Translations under genes and position numbers: made by a program
Notes under the pieces: generated by a model
What the model saw: only the letters and a program-made list of their open reading frames with translations
Database searches by the model: none
Told to the model about the DNA's origin: nothing
Shown: positions 7,378 to 16,500 of the stretch, one piece after another
Numbering within the stretch: the first letter of the stretch is position 1
How the letters are laid out: each line of letters opens with the position of its first letter
From: Bacteroidota bacterium
GTDB taxonomy: Bacteria; Bacteroidota; Bacteroidia; Chitinophagales; Chitinophagaceae
Assembly: GCA_947462495.1 (NCBI GenBank)
Contig: CANHOY010000001.1
Location: forward strand, 1 to 32,919
Reading direction: 5' to 3'
Length of the DNA: 32,919 nt

Positions 7378-10300
7378 TTAATTATTACCTACGATAATCC
7401 AATTTGACCCATCACTAACCACTTTTACATATTTATATTGTGAACTTAAAGCATATGTAGTTGATCCATCAATAGTTTGCGATGATGTTGTAGCAGCTGT
7501 AACATCATTTCCGCCGGAATTAATTCTTTTGATTGTATAAGTTTGCCCAACTACTCCAATAGCCGTTGGTAGTGTAATTGTTATAGGGGCTGAGGTGGCA
7601 TTAGCGAGAATAATTTCATCTGAAGACAAGGCAGAGTAGGCTGAAGTTTTAGAAACTAAATTAGAAATTATACCATTAGATTTAAAAGTACCACTTGTGT
7701 TGACATTAGTTATTGAAGTATTCCCTAATTGAATTGAGTTAGAAGCTGAAACTATTGTACCTGCTCCAATTGCAATTGCATTTGATAAAGCACTACTCGA
7801 AACATCAGCAACATTACCAATAGCAATGTTATCATTTCCAGTTATGTTGGTTTGTAAACTTGCCATTCCAAGTGCTACATTTCCATTACCAGTTGTATTT
7901 CCCACTAAAGTTGACATTCCAATTCCAGTATTATTAATTCCTGTTGTGTTATTTGGAATTGCGCCATAACCAATTGCAGTATTATCACCACCAGTAGTAT
8001 TTGCAAATAGTGCCCCACTTCCATTTACTGTATTGTAAGAACCTGTTGTATTAGAGGTGAGAGAATTTCTACCAATTGCAGTGTTTAATTCTCCAGTTGT
8101 ATTTGCATTAAGGGCGCCGTGTCCTAAAGCCGAATTGTTTGAACCTGTAGTGTTTGATAGCATACTTTGATAACCCATTGCTGTATTGTTTGCACCTGTA
8201 GTATTACTGTATAAACTACCTGCCCCATTTGCAGTATTTGAATACCCAGTGGTATTTGCATATAGGGCTTGGCTTCCGATAGCGGTATTGAAAATACCAG
8301 AAGTGTTGGCATTTAGTGTTTTGTATCCAAGAGCAGTATTTTCATACCCAGTTGTGTTTGTATTCATACTTGCATAACCAATACTAGTATTATTAGCACC
8401 CGTTGTATTGCTATACAAAGCAGTATATCCAATCCCTACATTGCCCTCAGCAGTTGTATTTTGGTTTAATGCTCTATCTCCAACAGCAACATTTCCAGTG
8501 GCAGTAGTGTTTTTAGTTAATGACTCTCTGCCAATAGCAACATTCGCTGCACCTGTTGTATTTTCATATAATGCACCTTGACCAACAGCAACATTGACAT
8601 AACCAGTTGTATTTTTCCTTAATGCTTGAGTTCCAATTGCAGTATTCCAGCTTCCAGTTGTTGTTGTTTCTAATGAATTATTACCAATAGCAGTGTTATA
8701 TGATGCAGTAGTATTTTTTGTTAGAGCACCACTCCCAAAAGCACTATTATCATTACCAGTTGTGTTATTACCCATGGTGCCATTACCAAAAGCATTATTT
8801 CTTACACCACCAGTATTGTATTGCAAAGCTAAAATACCAAAAGCTGAATTCTCAGTACCTGTTGTATTATAACTCATTGATCTAAATCCAACTGCAGTAT
8901 TATTATTTCCTGTTGTTGAGCGTTTTAATACACTATCGCCAATGCCTATATTTTGAATTCCTGTGGTATTTGAAATCATAACATCGGAACCTAAAATTGT
9001 ATTATTATAACCTCCAATAGGTATAAAAGTCACATTTGAACCAATTAATTTTCCAGTCACGGTCAATTCTCCATTTATTTTTAACTTCTTATTGTCAAAC
9101 TCTCCATAAATTAAAGGAGTTCTTGAGTTGTCATTATGAATAACTAATCTATTACTTATATTTTAAAATCTTCATTTGCCCCAGCTGAATTTCCAATAAA
9201 TATATTTTTATCACCAGTTTCTAAAAGTCCACCAGCATTATATCCCAAAGCCAAATTATAACTACCTGATGTATCAGATGTCAAGGCATTTACTCCAAAT
9301 GCAGAATTATAATTTCCGATTTTATTTGATAATAAAGACGTTCTTCCAAATCCACTATTCATAATGCCTTTAGTATTTGCGTTTAATGCATAATTTCCAA
9401 ATGCAGAATTTCTATGTCCTGTTGTATTATTTGAGAGAGTATAAGCGCCAAAAGCATTATTACAACAACCAGTTTCATTTAGTTTTAAAGCATCTATTCC
9501 AATCGCATTATTTTGAGTAGCCGCATTTTTTGTTAATGTTGATGAGCCTATACCAATACTATTATTCGCATTTTTACTATTAATTAATGCCTTGGATCCA
9601 ATTGCAATATTATTCCAACCGCTGTCAATTAAAAATAAAGAACTATCTCCAATTGCAATATTATTCTGACCAAATTCAGTTATTGAATTATCTTCTTTAA
9701 TAAATTTTAAGCTGTTTTTTTGCAACCTTATGTTATTTGTATCGATAATAAACATTGTATATATAGAATCTGGATTTATTTGTGTTCCGCTTGTTTTACC
9801 TGTTACAATCAAATCCCCATTAATAGTTACCTTCTTATTATCAAACTCTCCATAAATAAGAGGCGTCTTAGTTTTATTATTTGCAATGATTAATTTATTG
9901 CTCGTATTTAGGAATATCGAATCGCTTGCTGCTTTATAACCTAATATAACATTTCCACTTCCCCTTAAGTTGGTTGCAACAGCAGCCCCTATAATAACAT
10001 TCTTGCTTCCGTTGGAGGAAGTATCAGTAAGCATTTGAGAACCAATGATAATATTATCGTCACCATTATAATCGGGTGCCATATTATTTCCAATAGTAAC
10101 ATTTCTATTTACTTGCTTTGATCTATTAAAATTCTCAGAGCCAATTGCAACATTTGATTCTGCAGCTATTGCATATTGCATAGACCTACTTCCAATTGCA
10201 ACATTTTGATTAAATACAGGAGTAAGTGAACCTAATGTGCCATATGAAAATCTACCAGCTTCATGTCCTATTATAATATTATTTGCAGCCATTCCATTCA

Positions 10301-11156
10301 TATATTGTCCAGTATAATTCCCTAGCATAATATTTTGATTTGCTCCTCTTCCTGTTGATGAACCGATTCCCCAGCCAGATGCATTACCAATAAAAACATT
10401 ATCGTTATTATAGTTAGCATCAGAAAATTTTGGTAATAAAGCTCCTGCACTTTGGCCTATGGCAATATTTGCACTATTGGTAGCTACACTATCAAATAAG
10501 GCTAAAGCGTCATATCCAACTGCAATACCAGTTGGAATTTTAGAAGCAGAATCTTTAATGTATTTTAAAGTACCTGCTTTTATTCCAGCTAATTGTGCTA
10601 CAATTTTTGTAAGCGAATCAATTTTAGGGATATAAATTGCACCTCTATTATTGTTTAATATAATACTATCTCCTTTTTGTGTTAACTTAATTGTGCTTAA
10701 TATATTCTTAATGCTATCCACTCCAACGGAAGCAGCTCCTGCATTATTTGCATATAAAGCATAAGGGACAGATAAAAGTTGTGATGTTCCTACAAATACA
10801 AAGGCAGTACCTCCTGTTAAATCAAGCTCCACTTTCATATAATAGGGGAATAAACTCCATTGAACATCTGTCATTTTACCAGTAACAGCTTGACCATTAC
10901 CAATGATAACAGAGAATTGTCCATATGGATCGGTATTTACATTGTGTATTTCTTGATACCTAACTGAACCCAATTGTTGTGATTCTATTAAAGCAATTCT
11001 TAAAGAAATTACTTTACTAGCTATTGGTGTTCCAGCATTGGTTAAGGCTACCCCTTGATAATTAAATCCAAGTGGCGCTTGTGCACTTATATTGCTGATT
11101 GATAAAATAGCGGCTACAATAAATAAGCCAATAATTTTTTGAATATAGTTCCCCAT
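7378..11156 (-). pseudogene. Frameshifted paralogue B of the giant fibre protein (ORFs 9156-11156 and 7378-9066 form one gene; 1259 aa if repaired)
   Basis: The first ~450 aa parallel protein A. Adding one A to the minus-strand A4 run (+ strand T 9161-9164) gives DFKNISNRLVIHNDNSRTPLIYGEFDNKKLKINGELTVTGK, in frame with the second ORF and matching the neck motif seen at two other places. Could be a true mutation or an assembly indel. Confidence 0.85.
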
Positions 11157-11222
11157 AGAAATGATTTTTAAATTTCATTTTAAGACAGTTATAATTAACT
11201 GAATGGGGGTAGGGTAAAGGTA
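11151..11222 (-). promoter_or_regulatory. Conserved promoter plus structured leader, copy B
   Basis: TACCTTTA (11222-11215), CCCTACCCCCATT, hairpin CAGTTA-ATTA-TAACTG (11201-11186), AAATGA...TCATTT, start ATGGGG. Confidence 0.8.
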
Positions 11223-11392
11223 GCCTTAAAGATTAATAAACTATATTATTTAATAAGGTGAAATGGTATAAATTTTATTTTCTTTGAGAATGTGCGTATT
11301 GATTCTCAATAAGATAGAGAATATTGACTGGTTTTACTTAGAAATACATTTTGAATTTGCCATAGGTTGAAAACCAGGGGCTTATTATTTAA

Positions 11393-11959
11393 TCATCTAA
11401 AAAAGAAACCAGTTACTTTTTTAGGGCTATAAGTACTAATTGTTAAAGTAAAATATTCACTCATTATTTTTTCGCCCCCGAAAATTATATTTTGTTGTTT
11501 TATGCGTGCTAAATTTGCAAAATATTTATCAACTACTGTGAATCTATAAGTAATTGAATTATTATATTTATTGATATCGACTTTTATTTTATCCAGACTT
11601 ATTGATTTCAATTGATTATACATGGATTCAAAAATCGTAGAATCAATGAAATATTCAATTACAGTATTAGAAGCCCCGTATTTTTTTGATGTATGAAACT
11701 TAGATAATTTCCGAACAAATGGAGTTATTCTAAAATTTATATCTATATTTTGGTTTGATTGAAATGCCCATAATGCAATACCTTCATTGCTTTTATTATA
11801 GTTTCGATTTACTAGGAAATATTTTTTTGAGTTTAAAAAAATATTTAAAGAATCAATACTTTCAGTTTTGAATACTGTTTCCATCTCAGTTAGACTTAAT
11901 TGCTGCGCTTTGGTTTGTATAACTCCCAAAATAAGTAGGGTAGATAAAATCCATCTCAT
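11393..11959 (-). CDS. Hypothetical exported protein (188 aa)
   Basis: Signal peptide MRWILSTLLILGVIQTKA|Q. Starts 12 nt after the upstream stop. No family recognised. Confidence 0.65.
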   Translation of the reverse strand: MRWILSTLLILGVIQTKAQQLSLTEMETVFKTESIDSLNIFLNSKKYFLVNRNYNKSNEGIALWAFQSNQNIDINFRITPFVRKLSKFHTSKKYGASNTVIEYFIDSTIFESMYNQLKSISLDKIKVDINKYNNSITYRFTVVDKYFANLARIKQQNIIFGGEKIMSEYFTLTISTYSPKKVTGFFFR

Positions 11960-11971
11960 AAATCGATATTT

Positions 11972-12928
11972 TTAAGAATTTCTGCTATTTTTTAAATTAT
12001 TTGGACTTTTTGGAGATTCGGAGATTTTCAAATAAGCACGATTTTTTTTATTTTTTTTTGCCACTCCCTTTCCTTCTATGAAAATAGTGAAATTTTTAAA
12101 CTCATAGGAATAGGAAGAATTTGCAATAGGCTGATTTGTATAAGAAAATGCCGCGTATAGGTTGGCATCTTTTAATGGGAACTTATATCTTAAACCTAAA
12201 TTATATCCTAATGTATTTGATTGAAAATCGGAATATCCTTGGAAGTAATTACTACCTGTTCTATAATATCCACCTGAATTATGAAAGAAAAATTGATAAG
12301 AAGGGCCAACGGTAAACAAGTCGGGCATAAAAAATAAATCTTTCGGCTTTTCTTTAAATAACTTAAAAATTAAACCGCCATTCAAATCTAGTATGGTTAT
12401 ATTATTTAAATTTGATTCGGAATTATTTGTATTTGTCCCAATAATTATTGAATTAGAGATAAACAAATTAACTCTATCATTTAATTTTAATGTCGAACCC
12501 AGGCCTAAGCTAAAAGCATTTTGAGTCAACATTGGATATTCCTCATTTTGATTACCGTTTTTAATTATTGTTCCTAGCTTTGTTATACCCATTGACAAAT
12601 TAAAGTCCATTCCTTGCCCAATTTTATAACTTTTGACTGAATCATTTTTATTAATGATATTTTTGGAAGTATCAATTTTCGTTAATTGCTCATCGTAAAA
12701 ATTGTCTTTAGTTCCATTTTTATATGTTATAGACTTTAGGTCTTTTATTAATATGGTATAAATGGGGCCATTTAAATTTTCAAACTTTCTGTATTTTACT
12801 TCTGAAAGCGTTACTTCTAAAACTTTAGAGGGTACTTCTTCTCCAGATTTTTTTATTAATATATCTTGTGAGTATAAGCTGCTATTTAAAAAATAAGAAA
12901 TTAGAATTAGTATAATTATTTTTTTCAT
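11972..12928 (-). CDS. Exported protein: small conserved N-terminal domain plus probable outer-membrane beta-barrel
   Basis: Signal peptide ...LYS|Q. N-domain QDILIKKSGEEV..KVLEV..EVKYRK...GP..I.YKNG. C-terminal amphipathic strands (FSLGLGSTL, LGYNLGLRYKF, LYAAFSY). Confidence 0.7.
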   Translation of the reverse strand: MKKIIILILISYFLNSSLYSQDILIKKSGEEVPSKVLEVTLSEVKYRKFENLNGPIYTILIKDLKSITYKNGTKDNFYDEQLTKIDTSKNIINKNDSVKSYKIGQGMDFNLSMGITKLGTIIKNGNQNEEYPMLTQNAFSLGLGSTLKLNDRVNLFISNSIIIGTNTNNSESNLNNITILDLNGGLIFKLFKEKPKDLFFMPDLFTVGPSYQFFFHNSGGYYRTGSNYFQGYSDFQSNTLGYNLGLRYKFPLKDANLYAAFSYTNQPIANSSYSYEFKNFTIFIEGKGVAKKNKKNRAYLKISESPKSPNNLKNSRNS

Positions 12929-12987
12929 TCTTTTGACTTTTTAATCTTTCTTAGACAAACTTTTTAAGGGGGGAGATAATCTATCTA

Positions 12988-13566
12988 TTAATTACCAGCG
13001 TTGCTTTGTCCAATTAGAAATAATACTATTGCTAAATTAAAGCCGGTTCCGAGCAAAAACTTATTATAAATTTTCTTTTTTCTTATTTTAATAGCCATTT
13101 GCTTGTAACCATTTTTATATTCTGTATTATTAATAAGTGCCTTATTTAAATAGTTTAAATTTTCATCTTTTATTTCTTTATTACTTTCAATTGCGGCGGC
13201 TATTCCGCCTACTAAAGGTGTTAATAAGGAGGTTGTAGTGAGTACTAATGATTCATCTGATTTAGGCACGTAATAAAATTTTGATGCATCTAATTGGCCT
13301 TGTTCAAAATTTGAAATACTTGGAGTGTCTTGTGTAAATAAGTCTTTTGATCCATTTTCGTATCGGATGATTAAAACATCTTTTATTAGCAAAGAATAAA
13401 TAGGACCTTCTAAGTTCTCAAATTTTTTATACTTTATTTCGGAAAGGGTGACCTCAGTTACTTTAGCTTTTATATCTTCCCCGTTCTTTTTTGTAATTAA
13501 GTCCTGTCCAAAAGATAAAATTGACATACAGGATAATGCCCAAGCAGTAAAAAATATTTTTTTCAT
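12988..13566 (-). CDS. Exported/membrane hypothetical protein sharing its N-terminal domain with 11972-12928
   Basis: Likely start MKKIFF at 13566, 1 nt after the porin-family gene stop. N-domain QDLITKKNGEDIKAKVTEV...IRYENG. Hydrophobic C-terminal helices. Confidence 0.72.
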   Translation of the reverse strand: MKKIFFTAWALSCMSILSFGQDLITKKNGEDIKAKVTEVTLSEIKYKKFENLEGPIYSLLIKDVLIIRYENGSKDLFTQDTPSISNFEQGQLDASKFYYVPKSDESLVLTTTSLLTPLVGGIAAAIESNKEIKDENLNYLNKALINNTEYKNGYKQMAIKIRKKKIYNKFLLGTGFNLAIVLFLIGQSNAGN

Positions 13567-13567
13567 T

Positions 13568-14164
13568 TTAAAAAGCATAACTTAATACAACGCTTAAAGA
13601 ATTATTTTTAATGGTTGAGTTTAGCCCGGTACCTTGGAATGCAATAGTACTAGTACTACTCATGATATTTGATAAGCCGTATCCATATCTAAATCCTGCA
13701 TGTATTTTTTCAGTTAGTTTAATGCCGCCTCCAAATACAAATTGGATATCGGTTGTTTTAAAATTAGTCTTTTTTACTGCCGTATCAGATTTTGAGCTGG
13801 CTCCTAATAAGAGTCCAAATTGTGGTCCTGCCTCTACATATAGAATATCGGTCAATGCAAATTTAAATAATAGTGGAATGCTTATATAGCTTAGATCGAT
13901 ACTATCTGCCATAGTTCCCATTACTTGATATAATATTTCAGGTTGAATTGATACACTTTCATTAAGCTCATAATTTAAAAAGCCACCCACGACATATTTT
14001 GTTGACTTTGAGGTATTAACATCAAGCCCATTTAATGATATTTTCCAGGAAGGATAATTAACACCCCCTTTTAAACCAAAAGTAGTTTGAGCTTGTATTT
14101 GACTTGTTGATAATAAAGTCGCAATTAGAATTAAGCCTAATATTTTTTGAATATAATTCCCCAT
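13568..14164 (-). CDS. Porin-family / small outer-membrane beta-barrel protein (OMP_b-brl_2/PorT-like)
   Basis: FGLKGGVN, SIQPEILY, LSYISIPLLFKF, VEAGPQFGLLL and RYGYGLSNI motifs, plus a terminal YAF BAM signal. Confidence 0.85.
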   Translation of the reverse strand: MGNYIQKILGLILIATLLSTSQIQAQTTFGLKGGVNYPSWKISLNGLDVNTSKSTKYVVGGFLNYELNESVSIQPEILYQVMGTMADSIDLSYISIPLLFKFALTDILYVEAGPQFGLLLGASSKSDTAVKKTNFKTTDIQFVFGGGIKLTEKIHAGFRYGYGLSNIMSSTSTIAFQGTGLNSTIKNNSLSVVLSYAF

Positions 14165-14230
14165 ACAAATGATTTTTAAAATTCATTTTTAGACAGTTAG
14201 AATTAACTGAATGGGGGTAGGGTAAAGGTA
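14159..14230 (-). promoter_or_regulatory. Conserved promoter plus structured leader, copy C
   Basis: TACCTTTA (14230-14223), CCCTACCCCCATT, hairpin CAGTTA-ATTC-TAACTG (14209-14194), AAATGA...TCATTT, start ATGGGG. Confidence 0.8.
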
Positions 14231-14285
14231 CAGCTGTTATATTAATCTTTATCTTAATTTTTGTACTTATTTGGGTGTTGGAGGA

Positions 14286-14411
14286 GGGATGCCGGAGCTT
14301 TGCTCCGGCATCCCGGGGGTCTGAAAATAACAAGCGCAACGCATCGAGTGCTTTCCGGATTGCCGTCGCTTTGCTCCGGCATCCCGGGGGTCTGAAAATA
14401 AAAAGCGCAAC
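14286..14411. repeat. GC-rich REP-like element: 13-bp perfect hairpin overlapping the first of two 44-nt direct repeats
   Basis: GGGATGCCGGAGC-TTT-GCTCCGGCATCCC (14286-14314). Direct repeats at 14297-14340 and 14368-14411 differ by one base and are separated by 27 nt. Confidence 0.75.
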
Positions 14412-14491
14412 CCAGAGCGCGCTTCGCGCCCTCGTGTTTTTAATTCATCCACTTCAATCTCGAAACAAGTTTCGGATCTCGTGGCTAAATT

Positions 14492-14521
14492 AAAAACCCA
14501 CCCCGTGTTCCGGGGTGGGTT
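14492..14521 (-). terminator. Rho-independent terminator of tRNA-Ser
   Basis: 11-bp stem AACCCACCCCG / CGGGGTGGGTT with a 5-nt loop, running into a T-run on the minus strand. Lies 15 nt downstream of the tRNA. Confidence 0.8.
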
Positions 14522-14536
14522 GCTCTTTCTATTTTG

Positions 14537-14621
14537 CAGAGAGGAAGGGATTCGAACCCCCGATACGTTGCCGTATACACGCTTTCCAAGCGTGCTCCTT
14601 AAACCACTCGGACACCTCTCT
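14537..14621 (-). tRNA. tRNA-Ser (anticodon GGA), CCA not encoded
   Basis: AGAGAGG acceptor stem, D-arm CCGAGTGGTTTAAGG, anticodon arm CACGC-TTGGAAA-GCGTG, long variable arm ATACG-GCAA-CGTAT, T-loop GTTCGAATC, discriminator G. A TAACTTCG -7-like element lies just upstream. Confidence 0.97.
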
Positions 14622-14665
14622 ATTAGGGCAGCGAAGTTAAAATAAATACTTGAGTTTATTGGCCT

Positions 14666-15109
14666 TTAATGCTCTTTTCTATTATGATCCATTCGCTCAT
14701 TGTATTCCAAAGGCTCGTTTTTCCAATTTTTATTATAAGAGACAAACCATCCTAACCAGATGGATCTGGATAATCGCATAATTAAAGGTTGTGTAAAAAG
14801 TAACAATACGATGGCCGTACCCATCCAATAAAATATTCTATTGTCGTCCAAATCAAAAGTCATACCTATCAATACCTTCCATGCCACAAAAGTGGATACA
14901 AAATAAGCCACCGTTAAAGCATAACTCACATAGCCTGTTCCATAATAAAATCCCAATTCTATTTCGGTTGGTTGCCCACACACTGGACACCTTTCATTCA
15001 TTTTAGTAATGGCAGATAAGTCGTATGGATTGCTGGATACAAATAATTTTCCTTCTCTACACCTTGGACATTTGTTGTTTAGGGTGCTCCACAAATAATT
15101 TTTCGGCAT
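14666..15109 (-). CDS. DUF983 family membrane protein
   Basis: KCPRCREGKLF...CPVCG...E.GFYYG..YVSYAL, two TM helices, RLSRSIW. Confidence 0.85.
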   Translation of the reverse strand: MPKNYLWSTLNNKCPRCREGKLFVSSNPYDLSAITKMNERCPVCGQPTEIELGFYYGTGYVSYALTVAYFVSTFVAWKVLIGMTFDLDDNRIFYWMGTAIVLLLFTQPLIMRLSRSIWLGWFVSYNKNWKNEPLEYNERMDHNRKEH

Positions 15110-15113
15110 GCCG

Positions 15114-15121
15114 CAAAGGTA
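15114..15121 (-). promoter_or_regulatory. Bacteroidota sigma-A -7 element for the DUF983 gene
   Basis: Exact TAnnTTTG match (TACCTTTG), 4 nt before the ATG. Confidence 0.65.
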
Positions 15122-15167
15122 TCAAATTATTAAGGAAGTTTTGTATTTAATGAAAGAAGAGTAATAG

Positions 15168-16487
15168 CTAATTGGATGCTATTAATTGCTCCATTTGTAT
15201 GCCTCTAGACCCCTTAATTAAAAAGTAATGGTTTTCGTAATTTTGGGTATCCAACCAAGCTTTGGCAGCGTTGACTGTTTCAAAATAATGATAGTCGTGG
15301 GTGCAGCTTTCAAATTCTTTGCCTACTAAAACTACTTTTTTGAAAGGGTAGGCATTAATCAAATTAATTATTTGCTGATGCTCTTCATCGCTACTAGTAC
15401 CCATTTCTCTCATGCCCCCTATGCACAATATTTTTGAATCACTTTCAATGCCTGCAAAATTTTCAATAGCTACTTTCATACTACTTGGATTCGCATTGTA
15501 AGCATCTAATATTACTTGATTATTTTTCCAAGTGATTAATTGTGAACGACTATTGGTGGGTTGATAATTTTCAATAGAGGCAATAATTTTTTCAACAGGT
15601 ACTTCGCAGTATAAGCCTATACTAATAGCGGCTAGTACATTGGGTATATTATAGGCGCCTACCAATTGCGTTTTTATAATTTTATTTTCTATACTTGCAT
15701 TCCCAGCTTTGGTAATAGTAATTTGCAACAAACCTCCTTGACTACTTTGTGCTGCTCCTTGCAAGCTACCGCTATTGGTTCCGTAAGAAATGATATTTTG
15801 TATGCCTTTGCTCATTGTGTTCAAGTAATCATAATCACTATTGATAAAAGCGGTCCCCTCGTGTTTTTTTAAATAATCAAACAATTCGCCTTTCCCTTTT
15901 TTAACACCTTCTTCGCTGCCAAACCCTTCTAAGTGTGCTTTACCGCAGTTATTAATTAATCCATGTGTGGGTAAAGTGTAACTGCAATAACTTTCAATTT
16001 CATGTATATGATTCGCACCCATTTCAATGATTACATATTGCGCATCTTTTTTTATACTTAATAAAGTAAGCGGTACGCCTATATGATTGTTTAAATTTCC
16101 TTGTGTAGTATAGGTTTTGTAATGACTACTTAGCACCGCCATTGCCAATTCTTTAGTAGTGGTTTTTCCATTGCTTCCAGTGATGGCTATAAATGGAATG
16201 GTAAATTGTTGACGATGATATTTTGCAAGGGCTTGCAAAATAGTTAACACGTCTTCTACTAAAATGATTCTTTCTTGTAAACTGGCTGATGCATTAATAT
16301 TTTCATCTACAATAGAAAAGGCTGCGCCTTGTTCTAATGCTTGTACAGCAAATTCATTTCCATTAAAGTTGGGCCCTTTTAATGCAAAATACAAATCGCC
16401 TTTTTGCAATTTTCTGGTATCTGTTTGCACTTGTGGATGCAACTTAAAAATTTCATATAAAGAAGTAATGGAAGTAAGCTGCTTCAT
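15168..16487 (-). CDS. murF: UDP-N-acetylmuramoyl-tripeptide--D-Ala-D-Ala ligase
   Basis: DTRK...LYFALKGPNFNG, AITGSNGKTTTKE, GNLNNHIGVPLTL, EMGANH, DAYNANPSSM, KGSRG. Confidence 0.96.
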   Translation of the reverse strand: MKQLTSITSLYEIFKLHPQVQTDTRKLQKGDLYFALKGPNFNGNEFAVQALEQGAAFSIVDENINASASLQERIILVEDVLTILQALAKYHRQQFTIPFIAITGSNGKTTTKELAMAVLSSHYKTYTTQGNLNNHIGVPLTLLSIKKDAQYVIIEMGANHIHEIESYCSYTLPTHGLINNCGKAHLEGFGSEEGVKKGKGELFDYLKKHEGTAFINSDYDYLNTMSKGIQNIISYGTNSGSLQGAAQSSQGGLLQITITKAGNASIENKIIKTQLVGAYNIPNVLAAISIGLYCEVPVEKIIASIENYQPTNSRSQLITWKNNQVILDAYNANPSSMKVAIENFAGIESDSKILCIGGMREMGTSSDEEHQQIINLINAYPFKKVVLVGKEFESCTHDYHYFETVNAAKAWLDTQNYENHYFLIKGSRGIQMEQLIASN

Positions 16488-16500
16488 AATGGTAGCAGTT

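Noticed and set aside
529-8377. Small alternative-frame and antisense ORFs inside the fibre genes (e.g. 4481-4819, 3878-4066, 8124-8312)
   Set aside because: Shadow ORFs caused by the 51-nt repeat periodicity (ILQV-type translations); no independent coding signal.
291-11156. Prophage or tailocin suggested by tail-fibre and S74 domains
   Set aside because: No capsid, tail, lysis or integrase genes are present, and the fibre genes have Sec signal peptides and host-type promoters.
291-11156. Diversity-generating retroelement or invertible shufflon
   Set aside because: No reverse transcriptase or invertase is present, differences between repeats are not adenine-specific, and all module copies are direct rather than inverted repeats.
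14297-14411. Two 44-nt direct repeats with a 27-nt spacer as a mini CRISPR array
   Set aside because: Only two repeats, no cas genes in the window, and the first repeat is half of a larger palindrome; a REP-like element fits better.
14058-14493. Short ORFs 14058-14339, 14267-14452 and 14275-14493
   Set aside because: They are by-products of the GC-rich repeat patch (duplicated LFSDPRDAGAK), have atypical composition and overlap regulatory DNA.
233-14536. Integrative element with a tRNA-Ser attL/attR duplication
   Set aside because: I found no copy of the tRNA 3' end near tatD and no integrase, so the region is called accessory rather than a mobile element.
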